From Chiloscyllium plagiosum (taxonomy: Eukaryota): DNA of 64,000 nucleotides. Location of the stretch: assembly GCF_004010195.1 (NCBI RefSeq), contig NC_057720.1, forward strand, positions 12,854,051 to 12,918,050, written 5' to 3'. Positions 1 through 12,909 of the stretch are shown here, in pieces; position 1 is the first letter of the stretch, and every line of letters starts with the position of its first letter. The notes beneath the pieces are model-generated. The model was not told the origin of the DNA and ran no database searches. It saw only the letters and a list, made by a program, of their open reading frames with translations. The translations under genes were made by a program, and so were the position numbers.

Positions 1-1975
1 TCCATCTGCCACTTCTCAGCCCATTGGCCCATCTGGTCCAGATCCCATTGTAATCTGAGGTAACCCTCTTCGCTGTCCACTACACCTCCAATTTTGGTGT
101 CATCTGCAAACTTACTAACTGTACCTCTTATGCTCGCAGCCAAATCATTTATGTAAATGACAAGAAGTAGAGGACCCAGCACCGATCCTTGTGGCACTCC
201 ACTGGTCACAGGCCTCCAGTCTGAGAAACAACCCTCCACCACCACCCTCTGTCTTCCACCTTTGAGCCAGTTCTGTATCAAAATAGCTAATTCTCCCTGT
301 ATTCCATGAGATCTAACCTTGCTAATCAGTCTCCCATGTGGAACCTTGTTGAATGCCTTTCTGGAGTCCATATAGATCACATCTACTGCTCTGCCCTCAT
401 CAATCCTCTTTGTTACTTCTTCAAAAAACTCAATCAAGTTTGAGAGACATGATCTCCCACACACAAAGCCATGTTGACTAAACCTAATCAGTCCTTGCCT
501 TTCTAAATACAAGTACATCCTATCCCTCAGGATTCCCTCCAACAACTTGCTCACCACTGAGGTCAGGCTCATCAGTCTAAAGTTCCCTGGCTTGTCCTTA
601 CCACCCTTCTTAAACAGTGCACCACATTTGCCAACCTCCAGTCTTCCGGTACCTCACCTGTGACTATCGATGATATAAATATCTCAGCAATCACTTCTCT
701 GGCTTCCCACAGAGTTCTTGGGTACACCTGATCAGGTCCTGGGGATTTATCCACCTTTACCCATTTCAAGACATCCAGCACTGCCTCCGCTGTAATCTGG
801 ACATTTTGAAAGATGTCACCATCTATTTCCCGATAGTCTATATCTTCCATATCCTTTTCCACAGTAAATACTGATGCAAAATATTCATTTAGAATGTTGC
901 CCATTTTCTGCCGTTCCACAGAATAGGGCCACCTTGCTGATCTTTGAGGGGCCCTATTCTCTCCCTAGTTACCCTTTTGTCCTTAATATATTTGTAAAAA
1001 CCCTTTGGATTCTCCTTAATTCTATTTTCCAAAGCTACCTCATGTCCCCGTTTTTCCCTCCTGATTGCCCTCTTAAGTGTACTCCTACTTCCTTTATACT
1101 CTTCTAACGATTCACATGATCTATCCTGTCTATACTTTACATATGCTTCCTTCTTTTTCTTAACCAAACCCTCAATTTCTTTAGTCATCCAGCATTCCCT
1201 GTACCTACCAGCCTTCGCTTTCACCCTGAGAGGAATATAGTTTCTCTGGATTCTTGTTATCTCATTTCTGAAGGCTTCCCATTTTCCAGCTATCCCTTTA
1301 CCTGCGAACATCTGCCTCCAATCAGCTTTTGCCTGATACCATCAAAATTGGCCTTTCTCCCATTTAGGAGAAAGTGAGGTCTGCAGATGCTGGAGATCAG
1401 AGCTGAAAATGTGTTGCTGGAAAAGCGCAGCAGGTCAGGCAGCAGCCAGGGAACAGGAGAATCGATGTTTCGGGCATAAGCCCTTCTTCAGGAATTCCTG
1501 AAGAAGGGCTTATGCCCGAAATGTCGATTCTCCTGTTCCCTGGATGCTGCCTGACCTGCTTTCTCCCATTTAGAACTTCAACTTTTAGATCTGGTCTATC
1601 CTTTTCCATCACTATCTTAAAACACCCAAATAACTTCCCTGGATATATTTCCGGGAATATCCTCCCTCAGCACAGCTGTAATGCTATTCCTTATCAAAAA
1701 TGCCACTCCCCCTCCTCTCTTGCCTCCCTTTCTCTCCTTCCTGTAGCATTTGTATCCTGGAACATTAAGCTACCAATCCTGCCCATACCTGAGCCATGTT
1801 TCCGTAATTGCTATGATATCCCAGTCCCAGGTTCCTAAACATGCCCCAAGTTAATCTGCCTTCCCTGTTAGGCCCCTTGCATTGAAATAAATGCAGTTTA
1901 ATTTATTAGTCCTACCTTGTCCCTGCCTGCCCTGACTGTTTGACTCACTTCTATTCTTAACTGTACCCGTCTCAG
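1..1975 (-). mobile_element. CR1 LINE ORF2 fragment (endonuclease-RT), degenerate, interrupted by a Penelope mini-insertion
   Basis: Minus-strand ORF pieces KLNCIYFNARGL, RIKENPKGFYKYIK, KSPGPDQVYPR and the [12 protein letters not shown] region. Confidence 0.92.
1368..1558. mobile_element. Fold-back Penelope pLTR mini-element with two hammerhead cores
   Basis: About 66-bp inverted arms centred on gaattc (1492-1497); 15-bp direct repeat ctttctcccatttag at 1353-1367 and 1559-1573. Confidence 0.85.
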
Positions 1976-2089
1976 GGGTAAATATAGAATAAACGGGTAG
2001 GGGAATGTGTCTGGATGAGTTACTCTTCAGAGACTTATTGGGCCAAATGACCTGTTTCCACATTGTTAGGGATTCTATGAACATCTGTC

Positions 2090-2390
2090 ACTTTGCAATG
2101 CAAACATAGTTACTTTGGTGGGTCATTGCCCAAAGTGCCAACAAGGACAGAAATTACTGCCAGCAGCTCCCCCACATTGGTGGGAATGGCTGGGTAAACC
2201 CTGGACTCGGTTACATGGCAACTATGTTGGTCCTTTCATGGGCTCAATGTTCCTAGTCATTGTGGACACCCACTCAAAGTGGTCAGATATGCGTAAAAAT
2301 TCATTCATCAAACACAAAACAGTGATAGAAAAGCTGCAAATATATTCTGCAATACATGAGCTCTCGGAAATGTTAGTCACATTCACAGGC
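2090..2390 (+). mobile_element. Gypsy/Ty3 LTR-retrotransposon integrase fragment
   Basis: HCPKCQ...WEWLGKPWTRLHGNYVGPFMGSMFLVIVDTHSKW resembles the Zn-finger/core junction of Gypsy integrase. Confidence 0.8.
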
Positions 2391-2395
2391 CAACA

Positions 2396-2515
2396 GGGGG
2401 TGGCATGGTGGCACAGTGGTTAGCACTGCTGCCTCACAGTACCAGAGACCTGGGTTCAATTCCCGCCTCAGGCAACTGTCTTTGTGGAGTTTGCACATTC
2501 TCCCTGTGTCTGTAT
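2396..2515 (+). mobile_element. HE1-type tRNA-derived SINE, 5' part running into a gap
   Basis: ggtggcacagtggttagcactgctgcctcacag...gggttcaattccc (A/B boxes). Confidence 0.85.
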
Positions 2516-3015
2516 NNNNNNNNNNNNNNNNNNNNNNNNNNNNNNNNNNNNNNNNNNNNNNNNNNNNNNNNNNNNNNNNNNNNNNNNNNNNNNNNNNNNN
2601 NNNNNNNNNNNNNNNNNNNNNNNNNNNNNNNNNNNNNNNNNNNNNNNNNNNNNNNNNNNNNNNNNNNNNNNNNNNNNNNNNNNNNNNNNNNNNNNNNNNN
2701 NNNNNNNNNNNNNNNNNNNNNNNNNNNNNNNNNNNNNNNNNNNNNNNNNNNNNNNNNNNNNNNNNNNNNNNNNNNNNNNNNNNNNNNNNNNNNNNNNNNN
2801 NNNNNNNNNNNNNNNNNNNNNNNNNNNNNNNNNNNNNNNNNNNNNNNNNNNNNNNNNNNNNNNNNNNNNNNNNNNNNNNNNNNNNNNNNNNNNNNNNNNN
2901 NNNNNNNNNNNNNNNNNNNNNNNNNNNNNNNNNNNNNNNNNNNNNNNNNNNNNNNNNNNNNNNNNNNNNNNNNNNNNNNNNNNNNNNNNNNNNNNNNNNN
3001 NNNNNNNNNNNNNNN
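2516..3015. other. Assembly gap of exactly 500 N, probably a placeholder; other gaps at 15767-16059, 17484-18127, 20255-21042, 31084-31826 and 60478-61125
   Basis: Runs of N. Confidence 0.99.
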
Positions 3016-4056
3016 CCTTCCACATCCTACAGAAATTTTCCTGCACCTCCAAACCTTTCATCTACTGTGTCCGTTACTCTCAATGTGGTTTTCTGTAAAT
3101 GGGGAGACAGGAAGCCAACTTACAGAACATTTTGTAGAACATCTTTGGGACACCCTGGACCTTCTCCACTGCTAACCTCTAGCCACCTGATGCCTAGAGG
3201 AAGAATACCTCATCTTCCACCTTCGGACCCTCCAACCACGCAGGATCAATGTCAATTTCACTGGTTTCCTCATCTCCCTCCCCCCACCTTATCCCAGATC
3301 CAACCATCCTACTCAGCACTACCCTCTTGACCTGTCCTACCTGTCCATCCTCCTTCCCATCTATCCGCTCCACCCTCCTCTCCATTCTATCACCATCACT
3401 TCCCACCTTCATCCACCTATCACATTCCTTTCTTCCTTCCTCCCAGCCCCACCTCCCATTTATCTCTCAGCCTCCCTGGGCCGCCCCTCTCCCGTCGACA
3501 TTCCTGATGAAGAGCTTATGCTCGAGATGTTGACTCTCCTGCTCCTTGGATGCTGCCTGACTGGCTGTGTCTTTCAAGCACCACACGTCATGAAGGGTAT
3601 AGACAGGGTAGATAAGAGGTAAGCTTTTTCCCAGGGTGAGGGATTCAATAGCAAGAGGTCACGTTTTCAAGGTGAGAGGTGAAAAGTTTAAGGGGGATAC
3701 ACATGGTAAGTACTTTACACAGAGGATGGTAAGTGACTGGAACGCGTTGCCAGCAGAGGTAGTAGAGGCAGGCACGGTAGATTCATTTAAAATGCATTTG
3801 GACAGTTGCATGAGTAGGTGGGGAGCAGAAGGATACAGATGCTTAGGAATTGGATGGCAGGTTTAGGCAGTAGATTTGGATTGGCTCAGGCTTGGACAGC
3901 TGAAGGACCTGTTCCTGGGCTGTAAATTTTCTTTGTTCTCTTAGATCTGGAAACATCGACCCTCCTGCTCCTCAGATGCTGCCTGATCTGCCGTGCTGTT
4001 CCAGTGCCACACGTTTTTACTCTGATCTCCACCATCTGCAGTCCTCACTTTCCCCC
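3016..4056 (+). mobile_element. Degenerate Penelope-like 3' end (GIY-YIG remnant and pLTR), split by a CR1 3' fragment at about 3589-3940
   Basis: pLTR motifs ctgatgaagagcttatgctcg and catctgcagtcctcactttc; CR1 tail tttctttgttct. Confidence 0.7.
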
Positions 4057-5427
4057 ACTGAAGTGTCAAGTGCCAGATTGCTTCAGGATGGTCAGCAAAG
4101 TGGTTGTCTAATTTTTCATTGGTTTTCTAAATGCAGAGGATACCTGAAGTGGACAGTGATTTATTCACAGTGGCAATGTTCATTCAAAGGATTGCTTGGT
4201 ACTCGGGATGTGTTGAGTGCACTTCTGCTTAGATGTACAAATGCAAGGATATGAAAAGCAAGCAATGCAGTGATGAGAACATGAGCCAGCTGTCCTGGAC
4301 AGAACTGCCCCTTTAAAGATGAGGAGTTTAAAGTTGGGTTCATGTGGAGTTGTGGAAATCACAGGTGATGACAGTGAAGCCCGCTGCAGTGGGAGATGGA
4401 CCCTAGCACTGTTTGAGGGGGGAACAAGGGTGAATGCAGTTTGGAAAATGAAGCAGTTGAACATCCTGCCAAGGTAGTGGCTCTTTAAATGAGGTAAAAG
4501 GGAGAGATTTTACACATCATGGTGTTGATGATGGTATTATCAGATGGAATGAAGTGGAGACAGAGAAACGATCACAACTGCATGGAGTGTTTACAAGTAG
4601 CACATTGAGTACTTAAGAATCCATCCACAGCATTATCTTATTTCCGCTTGTCAAAAGAAGTTTCTGATGTTTAGATGCACAATCTGTTCTCCAAGATGAG
4701 AACATTCATTGCTCAACAATCCCAGCACCTTCAGGATTTAAACTCATAAGTAATCTAAACTACATTTTCCTAAATAAACAACATGTTATACCATAATAAA
4801 TGCACTGAGTTTTAATGAATGAATACTCCAGGGAAGAGTGACAAATGACACTGAATGTGTGAGCAACTTCAATACTGACTTACATTTATGACATTTTGTT
4901 TCAGCAATGTGTTAGCCTCCAGTGGTTTGTGGGATTCAGCACTAACTGTTCCATATATTTATATGTTATGGTGGGGATAGTGATAATGTTACCTGACTGA
5001 AGGCCCAGGCTAATGCTGTGGGGACACAGGCTCAAATCCCACTCCAGCAGTTTGTAAAATTTAAATTCAATGAATAAAATAGATCATGGGGTACAATCTT
5101 TTCAGGGACTGTGTGATGCTGGCTTTGGTAGGATTTCCAACAGAAATTGATGAAAACCCTGGTGAGGCCTAATATAACAGAAGCATATTTGTGCAGTTCT
5201 TAACGCTTTCAAAATGCAATGCAGCAAGTTTCTGGCTAAGCAGTAGCAAGTTGTAACTAAGATGATTATTACCTGTTAAGCACCTTGTTATAATGGTCCA
5301 ACTCACCACCAATCTTCCATTCTCACATTCCAATCACTAAATCTGCACTATCAGCATCCTTCCTCTTCCATTATTGCATAAATGCTGCCCCTTCACATCA
5401 GCTCTGATGAAGAGTCATCTAGACTCA

Positions 5428-5656
5428 CAAGTCAAAGAGTGTGGTGCTGGAAAAGCACAGCAGGTCAGGCAGCATCCGAGGAGCAGGAGCATTGATGTTT
5501 CCAGCATAAACTCTTCATCAGGAAGAAGAGCTGACGAAAAGCTTATGCTCGAAATGTTGATTCTCCTGCTCCTCTGAAGCTGCCTGACGGGCTGTGCTTT
5601 TCCAGCACCACACTCTTCAACTCTGATCTCCAGCATCTGCAGTCCTCACATTCTCC
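5428..5656. mobile_element. Fold-back Penelope pLTR mini-element
   Basis: Inverted pLTR arms; 12-bp TSD catctagactca / catctcgactca at 5416-5427 and 5657-5668. Confidence 0.8.
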
Positions 5657-6944
5657 CATCTCGACTCATAATTTGAGCTTGCTGTCTCTACACAGGGTCT
5701 CTACACACTAATTCCTATGAAACCTTTGCAGCGAGATAACTTGAAAGGCATTTCTCCCTGAAGGGAATTCTTACCCATAAACAGGAAGAGAGGAAGGAAA
5801 TGTTGCTACAGATAATGTGGCCGATGGATTGTTGACCATGCTTTGAATACTTCCTTATCAATCACATGAAACAATGGCACTGACTGTATCCACACTCTGA
5901 TCTCATGAGGGATTTTGTCCTTTCACAGAAAACGAAGGAACAATAATAATTCCTAGAACTTTAGCTGTTCTTATTGTGTGTTGTATTCCTGGCGCTGGAA
6001 TTAAGGACATCTCAAGACATTTGAAGCATATTGTTAAAGGGGAGAGTGAAAAACCAGACATTATTGTACACATTGATAGGAATGACGTAGTTAGGGAAAA
6101 GATTAAGGGTTTACAGAGTGAATATAAGAGGTTCGGTAGAAGATTAAAAAACAGAACTTCAAAAGTAGGAATCTCTGGTTTATTTCTGCTGCCAAGCTCG
6201 AATGAATGAGAATGAAAGGATAAAGGAGATAAATTAATGGCTGAAGAGGTGGTGTCATGTTCAGGGATTTGGATTCTTGGGTCATTGGGATCTCCATTGA
6301 GGCAGAGAAGACCTGTTCAAAAAGGGTGGAATTCACCTGAACTGGAAAGGGACCAAGATCCTCGCAGGGGGATTTACTAATTCTATTAAGAGAGACAGTA
6401 AACTATTCCAGTGGGTGTGGCGGTGGAGGGATCCCAAGTAGCAAAGTAAATACATAGATTTGGAAGGTTGTGATTCTGAAAATTACAATTAATTAGAAAA
6501 GAAAGACAACAGCATTTCAGAGAATGGAGTTACTCTGAAGAATTAAACTGCATTTTATTGCAGTGTAAGGGGTCTTCCAGGTAAGGCTGATGAACTCCGG
6601 GCATGTTTGGGAACATGGGAGTGGGATGTCATAGCTATTACAGAAACTTAGCCGGGGGATGGGCAGCGCTAACTGCTCAATATTCCGGGTTTCACATGAT
6701 ACAGGAAGGATAGGTAAGGAGACAAAAAAGTAGGGGGAGTGGCATTTTTGAATAAGGAAAGCATTACTGCTGATACCAAAGAAGATATTTCTGAAATATT
6801 GCCCAGTGAACATATATGGGTTGGAGTTAGAAATAATATAGAAATGATCATCTTAATGGGCTTGTACTTCAATAGTCAGATGGAAATTGAAGATTGAATT
6901 GAGAAATATGATCACTGCACCCAAAATGTGCCTCTTCTATTTGT

Positions 6945-7265
6945 AGGCAGCACTATGGCTCAGTCGTTAGCACTGTTACCTCACAGTGCCAAGGACCTGG
7001 GTTCAATTCCTGCCTTAGGTGACTGTTTATGTGGAGTTTGTATGGTCTTCCCCTGTCTGTATGGGTTTCCTCCCACAATCCAAAGATATGTAGGTTAGGT
7101 GAATTGGCCAAACTTAAGTGCCCATAGTGTTCAGGGGTGTGTAGATTAGATGCATTAATCAGGGGTAAATAAAAGGCAGGGGAATGTGTCTGGGTGGGTT
7201 ACTCTTCAGAGGGTCAATGTGGACTCACTGGGCTGAAGGGCCTATTTCCACACTTTAGGGATTCT
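6945..7265 (+). mobile_element. HE1-type SINE, diverged
   Basis: tRNA-like head, V-domain tgtggagtttg...ggtttcctccc, CR1-like tail gaagggcctatttcc. Confidence 0.85.
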
Positions 7266-7681
7266 AAGAAATATACAGAGAGATCTCAGATATATGTAAG
7301 AATAATAAGATTATAATTATAGATGATTTTAATTTTCCAAACATTGACTGGGACTACTATTGTGTTAAAGGTTTCGATGGTGAAGAATTTATTACTGTGT
7401 TCAAGAAAATTTCCTTTATTAATTTGGAAATGTTCTGACTAGAGAAGGAGCAGAATTTGACCTTCTCTTGTGTAGTAAAACAGGGCAAGTGACTGAAGTG
7501 ATTAGGATTATAGAATCCCTACAATGTGGAAGTAGGCCATTCAACCCATCGAGTCCACAGTGACTCTCTGAAGAGTATCCTACACTGAACCTTGCCCCAT
7601 CCTATTCCTATAACCCTGCATTTCCCATGGCTAATCTACCCAATCTGCACATCCTTGGACACTATGGGCAATTCAGCACAA

Positions 7682-7880
7682 TTCTGGATTAGTGGTGCTG
7701 GAAAAGCACAGCAGTTCAGGCAGCATCTGAGGAACAGTCAAATCGACGTTTCGGGCAAAAGCCCTTCATCAGGAATACATTCCTTTTACTGCTCCTCGGA
7801 TGCTGCCTGAACTGCTGTGCTTTTCCAGCACCACTAATCCAGAATCTGATTACCAGCATCTGCAGTCATTGTTTTTACCA
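7682..7880. mobile_element. Fold-back Penelope pLTR mini-element
   Basis: Inverted arms; 13-bp TSD caattcagcacaa at 7669-7681 and 7881-7893. Confidence 0.82.
7741..7776 (-). ncRNA. Minimal type I hammerhead ribozyme motif
   Basis: Reverse complement attc CUGAUGA a gggc uuuu gccc GAAAC GUC gauu; core intact. Confidence 0.7.
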
Positions 7881-9887
7881 CAATTCAGCACAAGCCAATC
7901 AACGTAACCAGCACATCTTTGGACTGTGGGCGGAAACCAGAGCACCCAGAGGAAATCCACACAGACATGGGGAGAACATGCAAACTCCACACAGACAATC
8001 ACCGACATCCAATCCAAAGATATGCAGGTCAGGTGAATTAGCCATGCTAAATTGCCCGTAGTGTTAGGTGCATTAGTCAGGGGTAAACATAGGGTAGGGG
8101 AATGGGTTGGGATGGGTGACTCTTCCGAGGGTCAGTGTGGACTTGTTGGGCTGAAGGGCCTGTTTCCATACTGTAGGGAATCTAATCCCAAGCACTGTGG
8201 GGTAGCAGTGCTAACCACTGAGCCACCATGCTACCTATGAATAGTAGAAGTACATTTTGGGTATAATGATCATAATTCTATTTATTTTAAAATAGTTACA
8301 GGAAACTCCATTGAAGTTAAAGTTTTAATTGCAGTCAGGCAAATTTTAATGTTATAGACAAGAATTTTCAAAAGTTGATTGGAGTATTCTATTTGCATGT
8401 AAAGGGATGTCTGATAAGTGGGAGGCTTTTAAAAGTGTGATAATGAGACTTCAGGGTCATTAGATTCCTGTTAGAATAAAAGGTAAGACTGGTCGGTTTA
8501 CAGAATAATGGATGAATAAAGATATTCAGGTTTTAGTCAAGAATAAAAAAGAATCATATGTTAGATATAGACAATTGGGTTCAAATGTATCTATTGAACA
8601 ATGTAGAGAGTGTAGAATAATTCTTAAGAGGGAGATCAAGAAAGTAAAGAGAGGATATGAAATAGCCTTGGCAGATAAGGTGAAAGATAATCCAAAGAGA
8701 TTCTATAAGTACATTAAGGGCAAGAAAGCAGCTAAAGAGTGTGAGGGGCCCCTTAAAGATCATAGAAGTCATCTTCGTTTGTACCTCAGGAGTTGGAGAT
8801 ATATTGAATGAGTATTTTGCGTCAGTTTTTACTGTGGAGAACAAAATGGAAGCTAGAGAACTCAGAAAAAATGATGCATTGAAAACAGTTCATGTCACAG
8901 AAGAGGAATTGCTGTAGATCTCAGAAAATATGAAGGTGCATAAATCTGTTTCACCTGACCCATTGTAGCCCAGGACATTGTGGGAGGTTAGGGAGGAAAT
9001 TGCAGCGCCTTTTTGGAAAAATATTTGTCTCATCTATTATTAATGGCGAGGTGCCAACTGAATGAGGAATGACTAATAGGACTTAACAGGACTTGCACAC
9101 GAAAATGTAAAATCCTAGGGAGTGTTGCTGAACAAAGAGACTTTGGACAGCAGGTTCATTTCTCCTTGAAAGTGGAGTCAGGGGTACATAGGATAGTGAG
9201 GAAGGCATTTGGTATGCTTTCCTTTATTGGTCAGAGTATTGAGTACAGGAGTTGGGAGGTCATGTTGTGGCTGTGCAGGACATTGGTTAGGCCACTGTTG
9301 AAATATTGCAATTCTGGTCTTCTTCCTATTGGAAAGATGTTGTGAAACTTGAAAGGGTTCAGAAAGGATTTACAAGGATGTTGCCAGGGTTGGAGGATTC
9401 GAGATATAGGGAGAGGTTGAATAGGCTAGGGCTGTTTGCCCTGGAGTGTTGGAGGCTAAGGGGTGACCTTATAGAGGTTTATAAAATCATGAGGGGGCAT
9501 GGATAGGATAAATACTCAACGTCTTTTCCTTGGGGTCAGGGAGTCCAGAACTAGAGGGCATAGGTTTAGGTTGAGAGGGGAAAGATATAAAAGAGACCTG
9601 AGGGGTAGCTTTTTCACTCAGAGGGTGGTACATGCATGGAATGAGCTGCCAGAGGAAGTGGTGCAGGTTAGCTCAATTGCAACATTTAAAAGGCATCTGG
9701 ATGAGTATATGAAGCAACATTTAAGAAGCATGTGGATGGATATATGAATAGGAAGGGTTTGGAGGGATATGGGCTGGGTGCTGGCAGGTGGGACTAGATT
9801 GGGTTGGGATATCTGGTCGGCATGGACAGGTTGGACCGAAGGGTTTGTTTCCGTGCTGTACATCTCTATGACTCTAATATTGTAATA

Positions 9888-10335
9888 TTCATAGAATCCC
9901 CACAGTGTGGAAACAGGAAAGTCAGCCCAACAAGTCCACACTGACCCTCCAAAGAGTAACCCACTCAGACCCATTCCTTTACCCTCTGGTTACCCCTGAC
10001 TAATGCAGAAGTGACGACTGCAGATTAAAGTCAAGGGTGTGGTGCTGGAAAAGCACAGCAGGTCAGGCAGCATCTGAAGAGCAGGAAAATAGATGTTTCA
10101 GGCAAAAGCCTGTCATCAGGGATTCCTGACTAATGCACCTCACTACACATCCCTGAACACTATAGGCAACTTAGCAAGACTAATTCACTGAACTTGCATA
10201 TCTTTGGAGTGTAGGAGGAAACCCACACAGCCACAGAGAGGATAGGCAAACGCCACCCAGACAGTCATCTAAGGCTGGAATTGAACCCAGCTCCTCACAA
10301 CTGCAAGGCAGTAGTGCCAACCACTGATCCACCCT
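9888..10335 (-). mobile_element. HE1-type SINE hosting a Penelope pLTR mini-insertion (10008-10124)
   Basis: 13-bp TSD cctgactaatgca at 9995-10007 and 10125-10137. Confidence 0.78.
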
Positions 10336-10559
10336 GCTTATGCTGTGCTTTTCTTTAAGGAAGGACATAAGGAGAAGTCTGGGAACTACAGCCATGTGAG
10401 TGATACAGTGGTGGGCACGTTTTTTGATGTGATTCTGAAAGATAGGATTTATGTGACTTTGGAGAGGCAAGGAATAATTAGGGATAGTTAACATTGCTTT
10501 GTGAGAGGGAAATTGTGTCTTACAAGGTCAGATGTGTTTCAACAAAATGTCCTTTGTCA

Positions 10560-11125
10560 TTTACCAACATGCAAATACATCAAATAGAAGTAGGCCATTC
10601 AGCCCCAGAGACTACTATGTCATTCAATAAGATGGTGTCTGACCTTTGGTGTTTCAAGTTCCATGTTCCCCATCTATTCCTGTCAATCCTTGATTCCCCT
10701 GCCTAACACAAACCTATTCAGCTCTGACTCAAAAAATTCAATTAACCTGACTCTGCCACCTTCTGAGAGAAAAGTCAAAGCCTCATTACCTTGATCTTGA
10801 AAGGGACACCCCAATTTTAAACCAGTGCCCTCAACTTCTTGACTCACCCACAAGAAGAAACATCCTTTTCTTGTCCATCTTGACAGGAACATTCAGGATG
10901 TTATACACTGCAATCAGGTCACCCCTCACCCTTCCAAACTCCAGTAGTAACAAGCCCAGTCTATCCAAGGTTTCCTCATAATCCACTCATTCCAGGTATC
11001 AATCTGGTAAACAACCTCCAATGTATCTTTAAGTAAGGAAACCAAAACTACACACAGGATTCAAGATGTGATCTCACCAATGTCCCATATAAATGAGGCA
11101 TAACATTCTTACCTTTGCATTCAGT
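10560..11125 (-). mobile_element. Old CR1-type LINE 3' fragment
   Basis: Reverse-strand 3' ORF2/UTR motifs (accaaaactacacacagga, gaagtaggccattcagccc). Confidence 0.6.
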
Positions 11126-11129
11126 TGTT

Positions 11130-11470
11130 TATTTTTAATTCATTCACAAGATGAGGGTGTCACTGGCTGGGCTGGCATTTAATACCCATCCCTAATGGCC
11201 CCAAGGGCAGTTAAGAATCAACCACATTGCTGTGGGTCTGGAGTCATGCCAGGTAAGCATGGCAGATTCTCTCTGGAAACGACGAGTGAACCGGATGGGT
11301 TTTTCCAACATTCAACAATGGATTCATGCTCATCAATAGACTCTTAATTCTAGATTTGCATTGACTTCAAATTCCACCATCTGGCAAGATTGGATTTGAA
11401 TCCAGGTCCCCAGAACATTATCTGAACCTCTGGATTAACAGTCCAGTGATAGTAATGCTCAGTCATCGCT
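11130..11470 (-). mobile_element. Second tRNA-type SINE family (shares its 3' end with the old LINE at 39945-42305)
   Basis: Reverse of ...gttctggggacctgg...cagatggtggaatttgaa...aaaacccatccggttcact... plus the gggatggg...aaatgc tail. Confidence 0.7.
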
Positions 11471-11703
11471 TCCCCATTTAAAGGGTCAGTCTAGAATATC
11501 AAGTATGAGAATATTTCTACAAAAAAGAAAAACTTATTTTTCTACCATGAATGGTAGAACCAAGGTAAGTTTTTACCATTCATGCTTAACTGAAGAACTA
11601 AAAACAGCATCAAATTTATGGCAAAAGCATGTAATTGTGCAAAAGCAAAGGAAATATAGGCTAGATAAGAAATAGGAGACTAAACTGGGCAGATTTTTTC
11701 TTG

Positions 11704-12030
11704 GGCGGCACGGTGGCACAGTGGTTAGCACTGCTGCCTCGCAGCGCCAGAGATCCGGGTTCAATTCCCGACTCAGGCGACCGACTGTGTGGAGTTTGCA
11801 CGTTCTCCCCGTGTCTGCGTGGGTTTCCTCCGGGTGCTCCGGTTTCCTCCCACAGTCCAAAGATGTGCAGGTTAGGTGAATTGGCCATGCTATATTGCCC
11901 GTAGTGTTAGGTAAGGGGTAAATGTAGGGGTATGGGTGGGTTTCGCTTCGGCGGGTCGGTGTGGACTTGTTGGGCCGAAGGGCCTGTTTCCACACTGTAA
12001 TCTAATCTAAAAAAAAAAAAATCTAATCTA
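11704..12030 (+). mobile_element. Young full-length HE1-type V-SINE
   Basis: CpG-rich intact head ggcggcacggtggcacagtggttagc, central V domain, CR1-derived tail ending in (taatc)n and an A-run. Confidence 0.92.
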
Positions 12031-12709
12031 AAATCAGTAGATTTAGGATAAGAATGCAAAAGAATAAGGATGGGGTAATGAATATAAGTTCTTACCTTAA
12101 GGAAGAATAATTTCACTGACATATGACTCGGTTTAAGCTGACTGTGAGCAGTTACTTGCAGATAAAACAGTGTCAGAGCAGGAGGAGGAATTCAAGGAGG
12201 AAATAGCACGAGTAGAGGGCAGCTGGGTCCCCATAAATACCAAAGGTTGGAGCCAAACTGGAACCCGAATTGCGGAGAGATATAAAGTTTTTGTGAAGGA
12301 AGAAAGTAGTGGCTTATTGCAGATATTAATGGGCAGAGTTCCTAAAGCATTACAGTAAGTGGGAATGGGAGAGGATTGAAAAGGAAATTAGGAAATTAAA
12401 GAATTGTGCATAAGGACAGGGTAGGAAGCTAATGAGGTGATTTTGGGATGATAGCGAAGGAAGTACATTCAGTAATGCAGAGGACTCACAGAGAGAAAAT
12501 TTCCTCAGAACTCATCAAAATCATTAGAGAGAAGAAGGTTGAGAGGTGACTTAATAGAGATGTACAAGATGATCAGAGGATTAGATAGGGTGGGCAGTGA
12601 GAGTCTTTTTCCTCAGATGGTGATGGCTAGCTCTTAAACCTGTCAATGCCAATGAGAACAAGCAGTGAACAATTCACAAGTATGATGTGACTCACTTTCT
12701 CCTCTATGA

Positions 12710-12850
12710 TATGGAGGTGCCGAGTTTGGACTGGGATGGACAAAGTTAAGGATCACACAACACCAGGTTATAGTTTATTTGGAGGTACAAGCTTTTGGAC
12801 TGCCACTCCTTCATCAGATAGCTAGTGGGGCAGGATCTTAGGACACTGAA
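12710..12850 (-). mobile_element. Short repeat of a further Penelope-like terminal family with a decayed hammerhead (truncated second copy at about 22240-22337)
   Basis: ggactgggatggacaaagtt...caccaggttatag; reverse reads ctgatgaaggag...tccaaaagctt. Confidence 0.55.
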
Positions 12851-12909
12851 CAGAATAATTTCCCTTTCTATTACACAACATTTTGGAATTTACACTGATG
12901 CTTTGGGGA

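Larger units (their letters stand above)
7510..8235 (-). mobile_element. HE1-type SINE, interrupted by a Penelope mini-element (7682-7880) and a + strand SINE 3' piece (about 8010-8185)
   Basis: Reverse-complement SINE motifs on both sides of the inserts. Confidence 0.75.
5975..9878 (+). mobile_element. Old CR1 LINE (ORF1 esterase-like plus ORF2) with nested SINEs and a younger CR1 3' segment (about 9080-9878)
   Basis: CCIPGAGIKDIS...IIVHI (CR1 ORF1 SGNH-like), KDNPKRFYKYIK, LERVQKGFTRML, tatgactc tail. Confidence 0.85.

Noticed and set aside
2373..3330. Long ORFs rich in X (also at 17408, 20023 and 60193-61435)
   Set aside because: Artefacts of translating through N gaps.
11500..11570. Strong donor caag|gtaagt as a possible CLCA exon 1 end
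   Set aside because: Upstream frames lack a signal peptide and the NGYE/IAI.P motifs.
11704..11780. tRNA-like sequence
   Set aside because: It is the tRNA-derived head of a SINE, not a tRNA gene.
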